Positions 24,738 through 37,807 of a stretch of DNA of 64,000 nucleotides are shown here, in pieces (the stretch's first letter is position 1; the number at the start of each line of letters is the position of its first letter). Both the position numbers and the translations under genes were made by a program. The notes beneath the pieces were generated by a model, which searched no databases, had not been told where the DNA came from, and worked only from the letters and a program-made list of their open reading frames with translations. The DNA lies in assembly GCA_043228905.1 (NCBI GenBank), contig JBHGNT010000005.1, positions 9,858,001 through 9,922,000 of the forward strand. The letters run 5' to 3'. The stretch comes from Azolla caroliniana. Taxonomy: Eukaryota > Plantae > Polypodiophyta.

Positions 24738-27700
24738 CTGCTCACTTAGCTCCCTCTAAGTGGAAAACCAGAAAAATGAGTAACAACCTACAGCAACCCT
24801 AAACAGTTTGCCCTAAGTCATATTTATACACATATGACTTTCGGGCTATTTACAAATATAGCCTCAAGGGCCCTTGGCAAACATATTCACAAATATGTCC
24901 CCGCATCCGGATCTCTCTCCGGGTACATTCGTCATCCGGCTCCGTAACCGGGGTCTTCATCATCCGGCTCCGTAGCCAGGATCTTCATCATCCGGATCCG
25001 GAACCGGGGTCTTCATCATCTGGCTCCGTAGCCGGGGTCTTCATCATCCGGCTCCGTAGCCGGGGTCTTCATCATCCGGCTCCGATACCGGGACATCCGA
25101 CCATCCCATCCGGAGGGACCGTAATCCAAACAAACTCCCCCTTCACTTCGGCATGGGATGTCTTTCCAGTCCGACCCTCTTCCGGCACGCTTCCAGCTTG
25201 TCGGGTGTGAGCACTTTGGTCAGCATATCTGACCCGTTCTCGTCCGTGTGGATCTTCGTCAGCACGAACTCCTGGTCTTCTATCCTTTCCCAGATCCAGT
25301 GATATCTTCACTGGATGTGCTTTGTCCGGGAGTGATAGGCCGCGTTCTTCGCAAGGTGGATGGCACTCTGACTGTCGCAGTAGAGTCGATACTCCTCCTG
25401 CCGGATACCGAGCTCTCTAATGAAGTCCTTCATCCATATCATTTCCTTGCCGGCTTCAACAGCCGCCATGTACTCCGCCTCCGTGGTTGACAATGCAACC
25501 GTCTTCTGCAGCCTCGACTGCCACGAAACAGCTCCCCCTGCATACGTCATCACATACCCTGATGTGGACCGGCTGGTATCTGCATCAGCCGACATATCCG
25601 AATCGGTAAAGCCGTCGAGTTCGGGCTTACCGGAGCCGAATCGGAGGCACACGTTTGCCGTGCCCTTCAGGTATCGGAGTATCCACTTGACCGCGTTCCA
25701 GTGCTCTTTGCCGGGATTGCTCATGTACCGACTCACCACTCCAACTGCATATCCTATGTCCGGTCTTGTACACACCATTGCGTACATCAAGCTTCCGACG
25801 ACAGAGGCATATGGTACTTTCATCATGTCCTCCTTCTCAGCCTTTGTCTTGGGGCTTTGCTTGCTGGACAACTTGCAGTTTGTCGGGAGGGTTGACCCGA
25901 CCGGTCTTGCTTCCGACATGTTGAACCGGTGAAGCACCTTTGTCACGTACTTCTCCTGTGACAGCCACAACTGCTTCTTCTTCAGGTCCCGGATGATGTG
26001 CATCCCTAGTATTTGCCTCGCCGGACCCAGGTCCTTCATTGAGAAGGTTCGGTGAAGCGCTTTCTTCAGCGTCCGTATCTTGACCTGGTCCCGTCCGACG
26101 ATCAACATGTCGTCCACATATAGGAGGAGTATTAGAAAGTCTCCTCCTTCGAACTTCTTCACAAACACGCAGTGATCGGACTGCGTTTTGTGGTACCCTT
26201 CGTCGGTCATGAAAGAGTCGAACTTCCGGTACCATTGCCGGGGAGCCTGCTTCAGTCCGTAAAGGCTCTTCTTCAACCGGCATACCAGGTGCTCCTTCCC
26301 TTTCTTCTCGAATCCTTCCGGTTGCTGCATGTAGATCTCTTCTTCGAGGTCACCATGAAGGAATGCCGTCTTCACGTCCATCTGTTCTACCTCGAGGTCC
26401 ATGCTTGCCGCTATGCTCAGCACCGTCCGGATGGAGGTCATCTTCACTACCGGGGCAAATATCTCGTCGAAGTCGACGTCCTTCTTCTGCTGGAACCCCT
26501 TCACCACGATCCTGGCTTTGTATCTCGGGGGGTTGCCGGCATCTCCCGGTTTCAGCTTGAACACCCACTTGTTTCGAAGTGCCCGTTTTCCTTTCGGCAA
26601 CTCCACAAGTTCATATGTGTGGTTCTCATGCAGGGAATCCATCTCGTCCTGCATGGCACTCAACCACTTGCGGCTCTGGGTGTCATGCTTTGCTTCTTCA
26701 AAGCTCTCCGGCTCCCCCTCGTCGGTCAGCAACACATGCTCTGGATCCGGAAATCTTCGGGGGGCCCTTCTCTCTCTTAGAGGATATCTCCGTTCCGGAG
26801 CTTCGGTAACCGGCTCCTCCGTTTCCTCTTCATCCGAATCCATTTCGGGATCGGGGCCGGTTCCGGTATCAGTTTCATCTTCCTCGGCCGGTTCTGTTTC
26901 TTCACCGTCTTCGGCCGGATCCTCGAGTGCTAACCGGTCCCTTGCCGGTCGGGACTGCTCCTCGTAGAGTTGATCCTCACCGGTCGACTTGGAGCTCTTC
27001 ATCTTCTTCTCCGACTCCCAGTCGGCGAGTGTCTTGTCCTCCATGAAGATGATATCTCGACTCCTGAATATCTTCTTGTCGACCGGGTCCCATACTCGGT
27101 AGCCGAACTCGTCATCGCCGTAACCGAGGAATATGCATGGCCGGGTCTTTGGATCTAGCTTTCCTCTCCGGTCCTTTGCCACATGCACATATGCGAGACA
27201 CCCGAACACCTTCAGATGCCGGTAGGATACTTCCCTACCGGTCCACACTCTCTGCGGCGTGTCTCCGTCCAAAGGTACTGAGGGTGATCTGTTTATCACG
27301 TATGTCGCCGTCGACATTGCCTCAGCCCAAAACCCCTTGGGTAATTTCGCATGCGCCAGCATACTCCGGACCCTCTCCATTATGGTCCGGTTCATCCTCT
27401 CGGCCAGCCCGTTCAGTTCCGGCGTCTTCGGCACAGTAAACTCGAGCCAGATTCCCTTCGAGCGACAGTACTCCTCGAACTGCCCCCGGTATTCCCCTCC
27501 GTTATCCGCTCGTATCGCTTTCAGCTTCTTGCCGGATTCTCTTTCCACTCTCGCGTGGAGTTCTTTGAAGACGGACAATACTTGCTCCTTTGTCTTCAAC
27601 GGTGCCGTCCACAACTTCCGGCTATGGTCATCTATGAATGTTACGAAGTACTGGGCTCCGCCATGTGACTTCGTTTCTACCTGACACACGTCAGTGTGCA

Positions 27701-29509
27701 CCAACTCCAATGGTGCGCTACGTCTCGTCGGTGGCCTTGAGTGGAAGGAGGTTCGGTTCTGCTTACCGGCCAGGCAATCGGTGCACTTCTCCAGGTGCAC
27801 ATGCTTCACTGGAATAAGGTTGTCTTCTGCAAGCCTCTTCATCCCCTTCTCACTCATGTGGCACAGTCTCTTGTGCCACAGCTCACCGGCAGTGTCGGCT
27901 GCCACGTTCAACTCCTCCGAACACAACCAGGCATTCATAAGGTATAGTGTGTTGACTTTCCGGGCCCGAGCCACTATCAGGCTCCCCTTGCTGAACTTCA
28001 TTATGCCGTTCCGGATGCTACCTGTGTAGCCTTCATCGTCTAGCCTCCCGGCCGAAATCAGGTTCAATCGAACCTCCGGAACGTGTCAGACATCCTTCAG
28101 CAGCATCTTGCATCCGGTTGATGTCATCAGCCACACGTCTCCTATGCCGGCAATCCGGCATGTACCTTCATTTCCCATGCGGACACAGCCGTGCTCACCG
28201 GCTGTGTAGGATGAGAAGTATTTCTTCTCCGGGGTCAGGTGGAACGACGCTCCGGAATCGACCACCCAGGTCATCTCTTCACCGGCAAGGTTCAGCTCCC
28301 TCTCTTCGGTAATGAGCATTATCTCTTCTTCACTTGCCGCGAGTGCCGTCGTTCCTTTCCGGTCCTGCCCTTGCCGATCCGGACCTCTCCGGTCCGTGGT
28401 TCCCCGGTATGCACCGTTTCGCTCCGGTGACTTCTTCGAATCGGTACCGTCGGTTCCGTTGTCTTTCCGGAAATGCCGACAGTTCTTCTGGAAGTGCCCC
28501 GGCTTCCCACAGTAGAAGCATGTAGGTCTTCCCCTCGACTGCGACCGTGTCCCCGGCTTCTCCCGTCTTTGCGGACTCCGGTTCCGTTGTCTTCTCCGTT
28601 CCGATTCGGTAAGCAGTGCCTTCGAGTCGGAGGCCGGTTCTTTGTCTCTCCGACGTGCTTCTTCATTTAGAATACTTGTCTTTACCGTTAGTAAAGACAA
28701 GTTCTCTTCCTTACAGGAGGTGCTGAGAGTAACTACCAAGTTCTCCCAGCTCTCCGGAAGGGTACACATCAGCATGATGGCTTGCATTGCATCATCCAAC
28801 GGGAACTTGATTGCCGCAAGCTGGTTCACGACTCCCATGAACGTGCTGACGTGTTCGACCATGCTCTCGCCGTCCCGGTACTTAAGATTCACTATCTTCC
28901 TCATCAGGGAGGTCCGGGTCAGAGCATTCTTCCTCTCATACAATCCGGACAGCTTCTGCCACATCTCATAGGCGTTCGTATCATTCGCCACATGTTGCAG
29001 AACACTTACATCGACATATTGCCGGATCGTCGCTACGGCTTTCCGGTTCAGGAGCTTCCACTCCGACTCTATTACCCCCTTGGGTATCTCGGCATTGTCG
29101 ATCGGTTCATACAGGTCTCGGACGATGAGAAGGTCTTCCATCTTTATCTTCCAGTCGGCATAGTTCTGTGAGTTCAACACCATCATGCCCGGAGGCCCAC
29201 TACCGCCGCCTTCCATTTTCTGTGTTACCGTCGCTCTGATACCACTTGTTGAACACAGTGCTCGGCCACCACCGAGGAATAGGATCAACTCACAGAAAAC
29301 AGGAAATACAAAATGCACGAAGACAATAGAGAGAAGAGTACACAGGATGTTTTACGTGGAAAACCCTAAATGGGAAAAACCACGGGAGTCCTCAAACTCC
29401 AACTATCACTATAAACAGAGATGTACAATGGTGAAGCTACAAGGCAACAACCTTGAGCTCACTGTCTTCGCCACAGGCGGCGGTAATACACAGAGGCAAC
29501 GACCTCTTC

Positions 29510-29544
<35 letters not shown>

Positions 29545-29938
29545 CTGCTCACTTAGCTCCCTCTAAGTGGAGAACCAGAAAAATGAGTAACAACCTACAG
29601 CAACCCTAAACAGTTTGCCCTAAGTCATATTTATAGACATATGACTTTCGGGCTATTTACAAATATAGCCTCAAGGGCCCTTGGCAAACATATTCACAAA
29701 TATGTCCCCGCATCCGGATCTCTCTCCGGGTACATTCGTCATCCGGCTCCGTAACCGGGGTCTTCATCATCCGGCTCCGTAGCCGGGATCTTCATCATCC
29801 GGATCCGGAACCGGGGTCTTCATCATCCGGCTCCGTAGCCGGGGTCTTCATCATCCGGCTCCGTAGCCGGGGTCTTCATCATCGGCTCCGATACCGGGAC
29901 ATCCGACCATCCCATCCGGAGGGACCGTAATCCCAACA
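24438..29938 (-). mobile_element. Copia D, young complete element (5' LTR 29247-29938, 3' LTR 24438-25132)
   Basis: Perfect TSD TGTAT. LTRs differ at only about 5 substitutions plus small indels. PBS (iMet) 29233-29244, PPT 25133-25144. 28-bp tandem repeats in U3. Confidence 0.97.
25143..29216 (-). pseudogene. Copia D gag-pol polyprotein, 1358 codons in one frame with two premature TGA stops
   Basis: ORFs 28086..29318 and 25308..28067 are in frame. Both stops fall at positions that are Arg in copies C and F. Confidence 0.93.
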
Positions 29939-30868
29939 TGTATCCCATGCATGCCATCCTTTTGAAATAACTTGTTCTGAAAACATGCCAAAAATTTGTT
30001 GCATATAGGCATCAAATAAAGAATGTAATAATAAAGTAGAATGAAACCTCAAAGGAACTCGTTGAAGCAATGTTTTGTACATATCTAACCCATGTTTATT
30101 AAACTCAAAACATATGGGAAAATGATCCGATGTCACAACCTCTTGCATAATTGAAATATTAAGCATCTCTGGCAAGAAGGACTCATCATGCATAACATAC
30201 ATTCTATCTAACCTACTCCATGTTCCTTGTATTGCGTAGACTGAAATGTAAACCCAACCTCATCTTGATGCAACCATTTCCATACATCCAACTTCAAAAC
30301 CTCTAATGCCAATTTGTCCCAAACTGCTTGGTCAGGAGAATCCATCAATGAGAATCGTGAAGTAGATTTTGAAGCATCAACACACATATTAAAATCACCC
30401 ATTAACAAACCAACACATCCCACTAATAACCGTGGATACATTGAAGACCATAACTCAATGCGTTGATTAGCATTATTGGGTGCATAGATTCCTACCAACT
30501 GTTACCCGGCCGGCAAAGGAGTTAAAGACCAGAATGTGAAAGGGATTGTATATTCGGAATCTATTATAATTAAGTAGTTTATGAGACGTGAACGGACGAA
30601 CCGGAATCGGTATGTCGATCCGGATCCGAGCCGGTTCTGAACAGGTGCCGGTTGGCACCGTTTTGTACTCAGCACCGGTGACCTATATAAAGGCCGATTA
30701 CAATGTAAAACTTTGATGGATAATTAATAGAGCTTCTTGTTTAATCTTTCAGTGTTGATTACCATTCTGTGCTAACCCTGTGTTAGGCCATCGTCCGGCC
30801 CTAAGGAATAACACAGTTTTTGGCGACCACGATTCCTGCACAATGGCGGCGAACAGCAGCGGGAATGG

Positions 30869-33800
30869 ATGACTAGACCAATGAACGGCCCGGTTACGGA
30901 GCGAGCAAGGAGACTTGCTGAACGACTAAGGAAGCGAGAGGCTTTCCAGCAAGCGGCAGAAGAAATCATAATGGATCACTCATTTTCCAAGGAGATACGG
31001 AGAGTCGCCAAGGAGTCACTTCGTTTACAACAAAACGACTACCCGGACGAAGGAAGCAGCCTCTGGGAAGCGGAATCCCTTCTCCAGGCATTGGCAGCAG
31101 GCGAAGGCAGATCCGAAGTATTTTCGGCTTTTGAATCGGATTCAGAAGGGGAATACAACGCACATACGAACTACCGCAGTAGTAACGACACCCTAGACAG
31201 ACCGAAGGAGGCAAACCATGTGTCCCAACGCTTAAATGCGGCCGAAGAGGAACGCTCAAAAATGGCAGAGTTCGGCATGACCCTGGAGGGATCGGCCGCC
31301 AGATGGCACCGAACACAAGATCCCAGCACCATCCCCATGTTTGAAGCACTAAAGACCAAATTCTAGCATTTCTTTCACAAGGAGATGGACCAACGAGAAA
31401 TGGTAGGCCTATTTTACATTATCGGGTAGGAACCAACGGAGAACATTCAATAGTTTGTCATCTGGTTCCAGCAGATCCATAGTCAGCTCAGTCGGGCACC
31501 ACCGGAGGAAGAAACAAAGGCCATATTCTTAGCAGCACTCCGGGAACCCTTACGGACGGTGTGCACCGTCATTGATTTCCGCACCAGCAGCATAGATCAA
31601 GTGATCGGCCAAGTTTAGAAAATGGAAAAATCAAGTTCATGGCTAACCCTGGGCGCACTTCAGCGTGCACTACCAACAGATGAGGACCTCCACTTCCGGC
31701 AAGCAATTCAATGTACGACATGCCTGAATGTCGGACATTCGGCGCTAGAATGCACCATGTGTTCCCAATGCTTGCTCTGCCACTCTAGAAGTCACACAAT
31801 GGAACGGTGTGAGTATAACTTGTTAAATCGGCAAGCACCACCGGTCCGGCAAATTGAACCACGAAGCAACCGGGAGGAAGAAGAAGAATGTTGGCGGCGA
31901 GAGGAGCGCTACCGGCCGGCACAAGATGTCCAGTATAGCGATCGAAGAGACACTTATGACCGGTATGACAAACAGGATAGATACCCAGACTATAATGGAC
32001 GGTACGAGAGATACAATTGGGATCACTCCCTTGGTTACAACCAACAACGAGACGACTATGGCAAGTATGATGACCAGCCCCGTCAAGGTTACCGAAACAA
32101 AAAGAATTTCAACAAGAAACATCATTTCAACAAAAAGGGGGGTCATCCACGGGAACTGGAAAAGGGCGCTCCAAGCAGCCAACCGGACCAAAACCAAGCA
32201 CTTTCCACAGGACCTCAACCGGGTGCATGCACAAACGCCGAATCCAGCAAAACCCGGAAGGCGTATTGCTATTATTGCCGGCAAGAAGGCCACTATAGTA
32301 ACCAATGTCCGGCGAAGAGCTACAACAAGCGACCAATGGTGAACATGGTAGTCGCGGAAGTCGCGGACTTACAACAATTCACTACAAGATCAAAAGGCAA
32401 AGCCACGGAGTGGGAAACTTAAGAAGCCATCCGGAAGTAGGCAACCGAATGGGTGAAGAAGGCAAACGAGCGGAATATGGCCGAGCTCGAACAACTAAAG
32501 GAGAATGCCGAAGAGCTCACTGGCATAGGGCGGCCCGAAAACCCAATATGGCAGGTGTTACAAGAATGCCAAATAACATTGTCGTTAGGTCGGCTATTGC
32601 AACTGGTACCACGCTTCACGGAAGGACTGAAGACAGGAATGATGGCAGCCGACACACCACTGGCTCCGGCTTTCTTTATAAATCTGGAGGAAGAACCGGC
32701 GGTAGTAGACACGAGCAATCCGACAATTACAACCATCGTGAAAGGAAAAGAGCTACCCGGCATGATTATCGATGGAGGATCCGGCGTGAACGTGATCAGC
32801 CTCCGAACGTGTAACACTCTAGGAATCCATGACTGGGAACCATGCCCGTTTTGGCTTCGAATGGCGGACACAAGCTCAATACGGCCGACCGGATTAATAA
32901 GTGATCTGGAAGTGACCATCGGGAGTCACACATTTCGCATTTCGGCAGTAGTTCTCCAGCTACAGGCTCAAGGAGCTTACCCACTATTGTGGGGACACCC
33001 TTGGTTAAAACCAACAAACATCAAGCAAAACTGGAGGAAGAATATAATTACGTCCAGCGTGGAAAAGCGATAGTGCGAGTACCGACTCAACCACGGTCGG
33101 GTACCGGCAAGGAATTGACGCCGCTATATGCGGAATGTGTCAACATGCTGGAAGGATTGGTGGACGAAGAGGTCGATCAATACTTACAGGAAAATCCGAA
33201 GATCGTACCTCTGTTCGAAATTGATGTAGCCGAAGTAGTATCACCGTACATACTGCAAACGGATGGGACCGACGAGGAACCGGATAAAGAAGCGATCCGG
33301 GAGTTATGGCAAGCATAGGAGGCACTGGAAAGAGAAATGGCAGTCTCGCAGGACGTAAAAGAATCCCAACTAGAAGAGGTAAACCTAGGTACTACAGAGG
33401 ACGCAAGACCGGTTCACATCGCCAAGGAAATGACCCCAGAGAACAAAACGGCAATGATCACACTCCTAAAAGAGTTTCGCGATGTGTTCACCTGGTCGTA
33501 TGAGGACATGCGGGTACTCGATCCTCAGTTGTATCAACACCAGATACATCTGAGGAAAGACGCCAAACCGGTAGCGCAACGACGTTACCGGATGAACCTG
33601 AATTACGCAGCAAAAGTCAAAGAAGAAATCGACAAGTTGCTAAGGGTTGGCTTCATCCGACCGGTAAAGAAAGCCACATGGTTCAGTCCGATAGTCGTAG
33701 TACCAAAAAAGAATGGTAAGATAAGAGTTTGCGTCAACTACCGGAAATTGAATGCGGCTATGGTAACGGTCGCCTTCCCACTTCCATTCACGGATGGAGT

Positions 33801-36230
33801 CCTAGATGCGGTCGCCGGTCATGAGGTGTACAGTTTTCTGGACGGTTTCAGCGGCTATAATCAGATCTGGATGCACCCCGACGACCAGGAGAAAACCGCT
33901 TTTGTCACCGAATGGGGAGTCTTTGTTGCCATAGTTATGATTTTCAGACTAAAAACGGTGTTGCCAACCTTCCAGCGGATCATCATGGAGATTTTCAGAG
34001 AATTCATTCCGGCATTCATGCAGGTGTTCCTGGACGACTTCGTTGTTTATAGCCGGGAAGGGGATCACCTTCAGCACCTCCGACTATGTCTGGAGAAATG
34101 TAGGGTTTACCGGCTAAGCCTTAACTCGGCAAAATGTGTGTTCGGAGTGGCCAACGGAGCGTTACTTGGCCACATCGTGAGCAAGGACAGTATTGTAGTG
34201 GATCCGCACAAGGTCAAAGCTATTTTGGAGGCACCGGCACCAACCACGGCAAAGGCATTAAGCCGGTTCTTAGGACAAATTCGGTGGCATTGCCGAATGC
34301 TCCGGTATCAGGCAGACCTAGCTACACCATTGCATGCCGCGGTACATTGGACACCGTTCCAATGGACGGGCACAGAAGACAAGGCTTATCGGGCACTAAA
34401 AGTACTATTGTCACAAGCACCAGTGGTGCAACCTCCGGATTGGTCTAAAGAGTTCCATGTGTTCGTTGACACGTTCGACATCGCAATCGGGAGCACGCTT
34501 ATGCAACTTACAGAACCAAAGTGGTATCGGCCAGTGTATTATGCCAGCTGGAAGCTGTCTCAAGTAGAACGTAATTATTCCACAATGGAAAGAGAGGCCT
34601 TGGGCATGATCTACAGTGTCACCAAGTTTAGACACTATCTGTTGGGAAGGAAATTTTCCTTTCACGTAGATCATTCGATGCTCCTCTATTTGGTGTCCAA
34701 AGCATCAGTCACCGGTAAGCTGGCCCAGTGGATGTTATTATTACAAGAATTTGAGTTCGAGATATTCCACCAACCCGGCATACAACATGCAGTAGCAGAC
34801 TATTTGAGCCAGTTAGATTCCGGCGAAACCGGTGACGGCGTCCCAGACGAGTTTCCGGATGCAGAGCTGTTTAGAGTCACAGTAGAAACGACAATGGATG
34901 GTACGGTCGCAGAGGAAGACAAGTGGCTCACCAACATGCACCAATTTTTGAGCACTGGCTTACCTCCGGAGGAGATGAACAGAGACAAGAGGAAACGCTT
35001 AGTTGTTCAAAGCCAGCACTTCTGTCTATTACAGGACACATTGTACCACAAAGGCACAAATGGCATATGGCGGCGTGCAGTGCGCAACGACGAAAAGGAC
35101 ATAATATTGCGCGAAGCACACTGCGGAGTGGTTGGAGGACATTATGCCGGAGATGCTACGGCAAGGAAAATATGGCAAAGTGGACTATGGTGGCCAACAA
35201 CATTGAAGGATGTAGTTCGGTATGCTAAAGAATGTGACCTATGTCAGCGAATGGGCCAACCAACCGAACAAGCCAGGATGCCTCACCAGCCTGTGCTACT
35301 ATTAGAACCATTTCAGAAATGGGGGCTGGATTTTGTCGGTCCATTCAAACCATTAGCAATGAGAACCAGCAACCGGTACGTGATTGTTGCTACAGATTAT
35401 TGCACAAAATGGGTGGAAGCCAAAGCACTACACGACAACACCGCGGCATCCACGGCAAAAATTTTATATGAATACATCTGGTGCCGATATGGATGTCTAA
35501 TAGAGCTAATAAGTGACCAAGGTGGCCACTTCTTAGGGCAAGCCAACGGATTAACCGAGTCAACAAATAAAACACTACAGAACATCCTTCGAAAAATCGT
35601 CAATGAAAACCGGATGGATTGGGATACAAAGCTACACAGTGCACTCTGAGCCTATCGAATGGCATATAAGACAAGTATCCACACAACACCGTTTCGCCTA
35701 GCATTCGGATTGGAAGCAGTGATGCCGGTCGAGTTCCAGGTACCGAGTTTACGAATACAGATTCGGGAACGCCTAAATGAGAAGGAATCGAAAGCGATCC
35801 GGTTAGCTGTGCTATGCGAATTGGAAGAACACCGGCTAGCCAACATCATGCACCTAGAACTAGAGCAACGGCGAAGGAAAGCGTTCGTGGATCGTCACCG
35901 AAAAGGGAACGAAAAGATGTGCGAAATCGGTAAGCCGGTACTAGTATTCCAGACCCGGATGGGTAAGATGTCAGGGAAGCTACGGTTTCGGTGGACCAGT
36001 CCATATTGGATCACGCGTGAGTTCAACGGTTCCTACCAGTTAGGCACTCACCGGCGAGGTTCTGGGTAAATGGATCAATGGGTTCCGACTCAAACCATAC
36101 AATGGACCCATGCCAAGAAACCCATTTGAACAAGTAAAGGCAGACATAGAACCGGACACCGGTAAGACAAAAGAGATGGCAAGTCCCACAATTCGGATAG
36201 GGGTCCAATGGGACCAGATGCGAATTAACC
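30869..36230 (+). pseudogene. Gypsy E gag (zinc knuckles)-protease-RT-RNaseH-integrase
   Basis: CYYCRQEGHYSNQC, IDGGSGVN, FLDGFSGYNQI, FLDD, HCGVVGGH..CDLC and WGLDFVGP motifs. ORFs 31622..32422, 32453..33073, 33337..35649, 35659..36069. Confidence 0.92.
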
Positions 36231-36994
36231 AGATAGTTTTTATCAAATAAAAATAATAATCAAATCAAATCAAATCAAAGTAAATCATGCAAGGGCAAGG
36301 TGTGAACGGACACATGCAACAACGAGGAGTGAACAGGTACCTTGAAAAGATACGTAGGGGGCTATTAATAGGGTGTTAAACCGCCGCCACATGGCACGTC
36401 ATTCTATTCTAGTACACGTGCACACGCGCAGGTAAGAAAAAAGGCGCCAACATACAACAAGAAAACCCCCATCGCATTGAGGTCTTCAAATTTCGCAAAC
36501 AAAGGAGCACAAACGCACACAGGCAATTGAAGATCATCAGACGTGAGCCCACGCACACAGAGCCTCCTCACACACATCCCTCACCAACACTCACCAAACT
36601 CGAAGAAGCCATGGATTGCCAAGCACTCTCTGAGCAGCCAAGAAGTGGCTAAGGCAACACGGGTTAGAAGGGTTCCTCACAATCATGGAGGTGCCACCGC
36701 ACCGGGAGACGGAGAAGATAGTAAAGGAAATTGACACAGAGCTGATCACGGAGGAGGCCATCCATGCTTTGATTGGCCTTCCAAAGGGGGGCATCTTCAC
36801 TATCGACAACCCTACCCCGGAGCAGCTCCAAAAATATTTTGGCGAATACTCTCTGGCTAACAAGGCCTACAGGACACAGGGCGGCGAAGATACATTATTT
36901 CGAGAGATTGCCCGTGTGCTCCATGAATTTGGACATCTATACCCTCAACCCTCGTGCATGCCTCAGAACCGAGCCGACTTAGTCATAGCAACGT

Positions 36995-37807
36995 TGTCAT
37001 AGTGTAATTTACACACTACGTGGAAATTGCATTTTGTCCATCCGGATAGAGAATGAAATACCCAGTGAGAACCGGACGAAGAGGAACCGGCAAGGAGGAA
37101 TCAGCAAGGAAGAGCCGGATGAAGAAGGCCGGTGAGAGTCTCTTACGGGATGAAGAGACACAATTGTAAATAAAAGAAACATTAAAATTTTTGTTACGTG
37201 CATAGGGCAGGATTCAAACCCTACACCTCCACGCAAACAAACGCCAGCCTTACCATTATACTAACTTATTCTGAGTGTTTCAAATATAGATTTAATACGT
37301 ATAGAACCTTTATTTTCGCCTACCTTTATTAAAAGGTAAGTCATGCATTTTTAGAATGCGCGAAAACTTTATTTATATGCACACTAAAAAAATTACGCAT
37401 GCACATCTAGCGAGCATGAATGCTAAATTTAGGAAATCATAGTGGGAAAAGTAAAGCATGCAAATTTAGAGAGCATGAACACTTTAGAAAAGCAAGAAGC
37501 TATGCTTAACATCTTTTGTCCTTATATAAGGAGGAGAGAAAGATGTATAAGGGTTGGTTATTTTTGGATTAAGTATTGATCAATATAAAAAATTATTCGT
37601 AGGATTCACGATTTATGCATCTACTTCTTTCTTAACAACCTAAGTACCAATTAATATAGTATACTCGTGTGATTCACGAGTTTCTTATCTTTCTCTTTGC
37701 TATCTACTCATAATTAATCTCTATCTCACGATCTCCTTTCTCCTAGTCCAAAACCCCAACGGTTCCCACCCGACTCACGTAACGATCCGGCACCGAGAGG
37801 CACGACA
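36995..37807 (+). repeat. Gypsy-type solo LTR inserted in ORF3
   Basis: ACGT|TGTCAT...CACGACA|ACGC. Excision restores VIAT-HEGVKVDW. Confidence 0.88.
37210..37263 (-). promoter_or_regulatory. tRNA-like Pol III promoter (A box TAGTATAATGG, B box GGTTTGAATCC) inside the LTR
   Basis: A-to-B start spacing of 43 nt; homologous module at 61037-61090. Confidence 0.6.

Noticed and set aside
25420-28029. Recurrent antisense ORFs opposite copia pol (also in A, C and F)
   Set aside because: These are shadow frames caused by codon bias and sequence homology; no recognisable domains.
28086-28088. TGA between gag and pol of D as programmed readthrough
   Set aside because: It lies inside the protease, copies C and F have CGA (Arg) there, and there is no CARYYA context.
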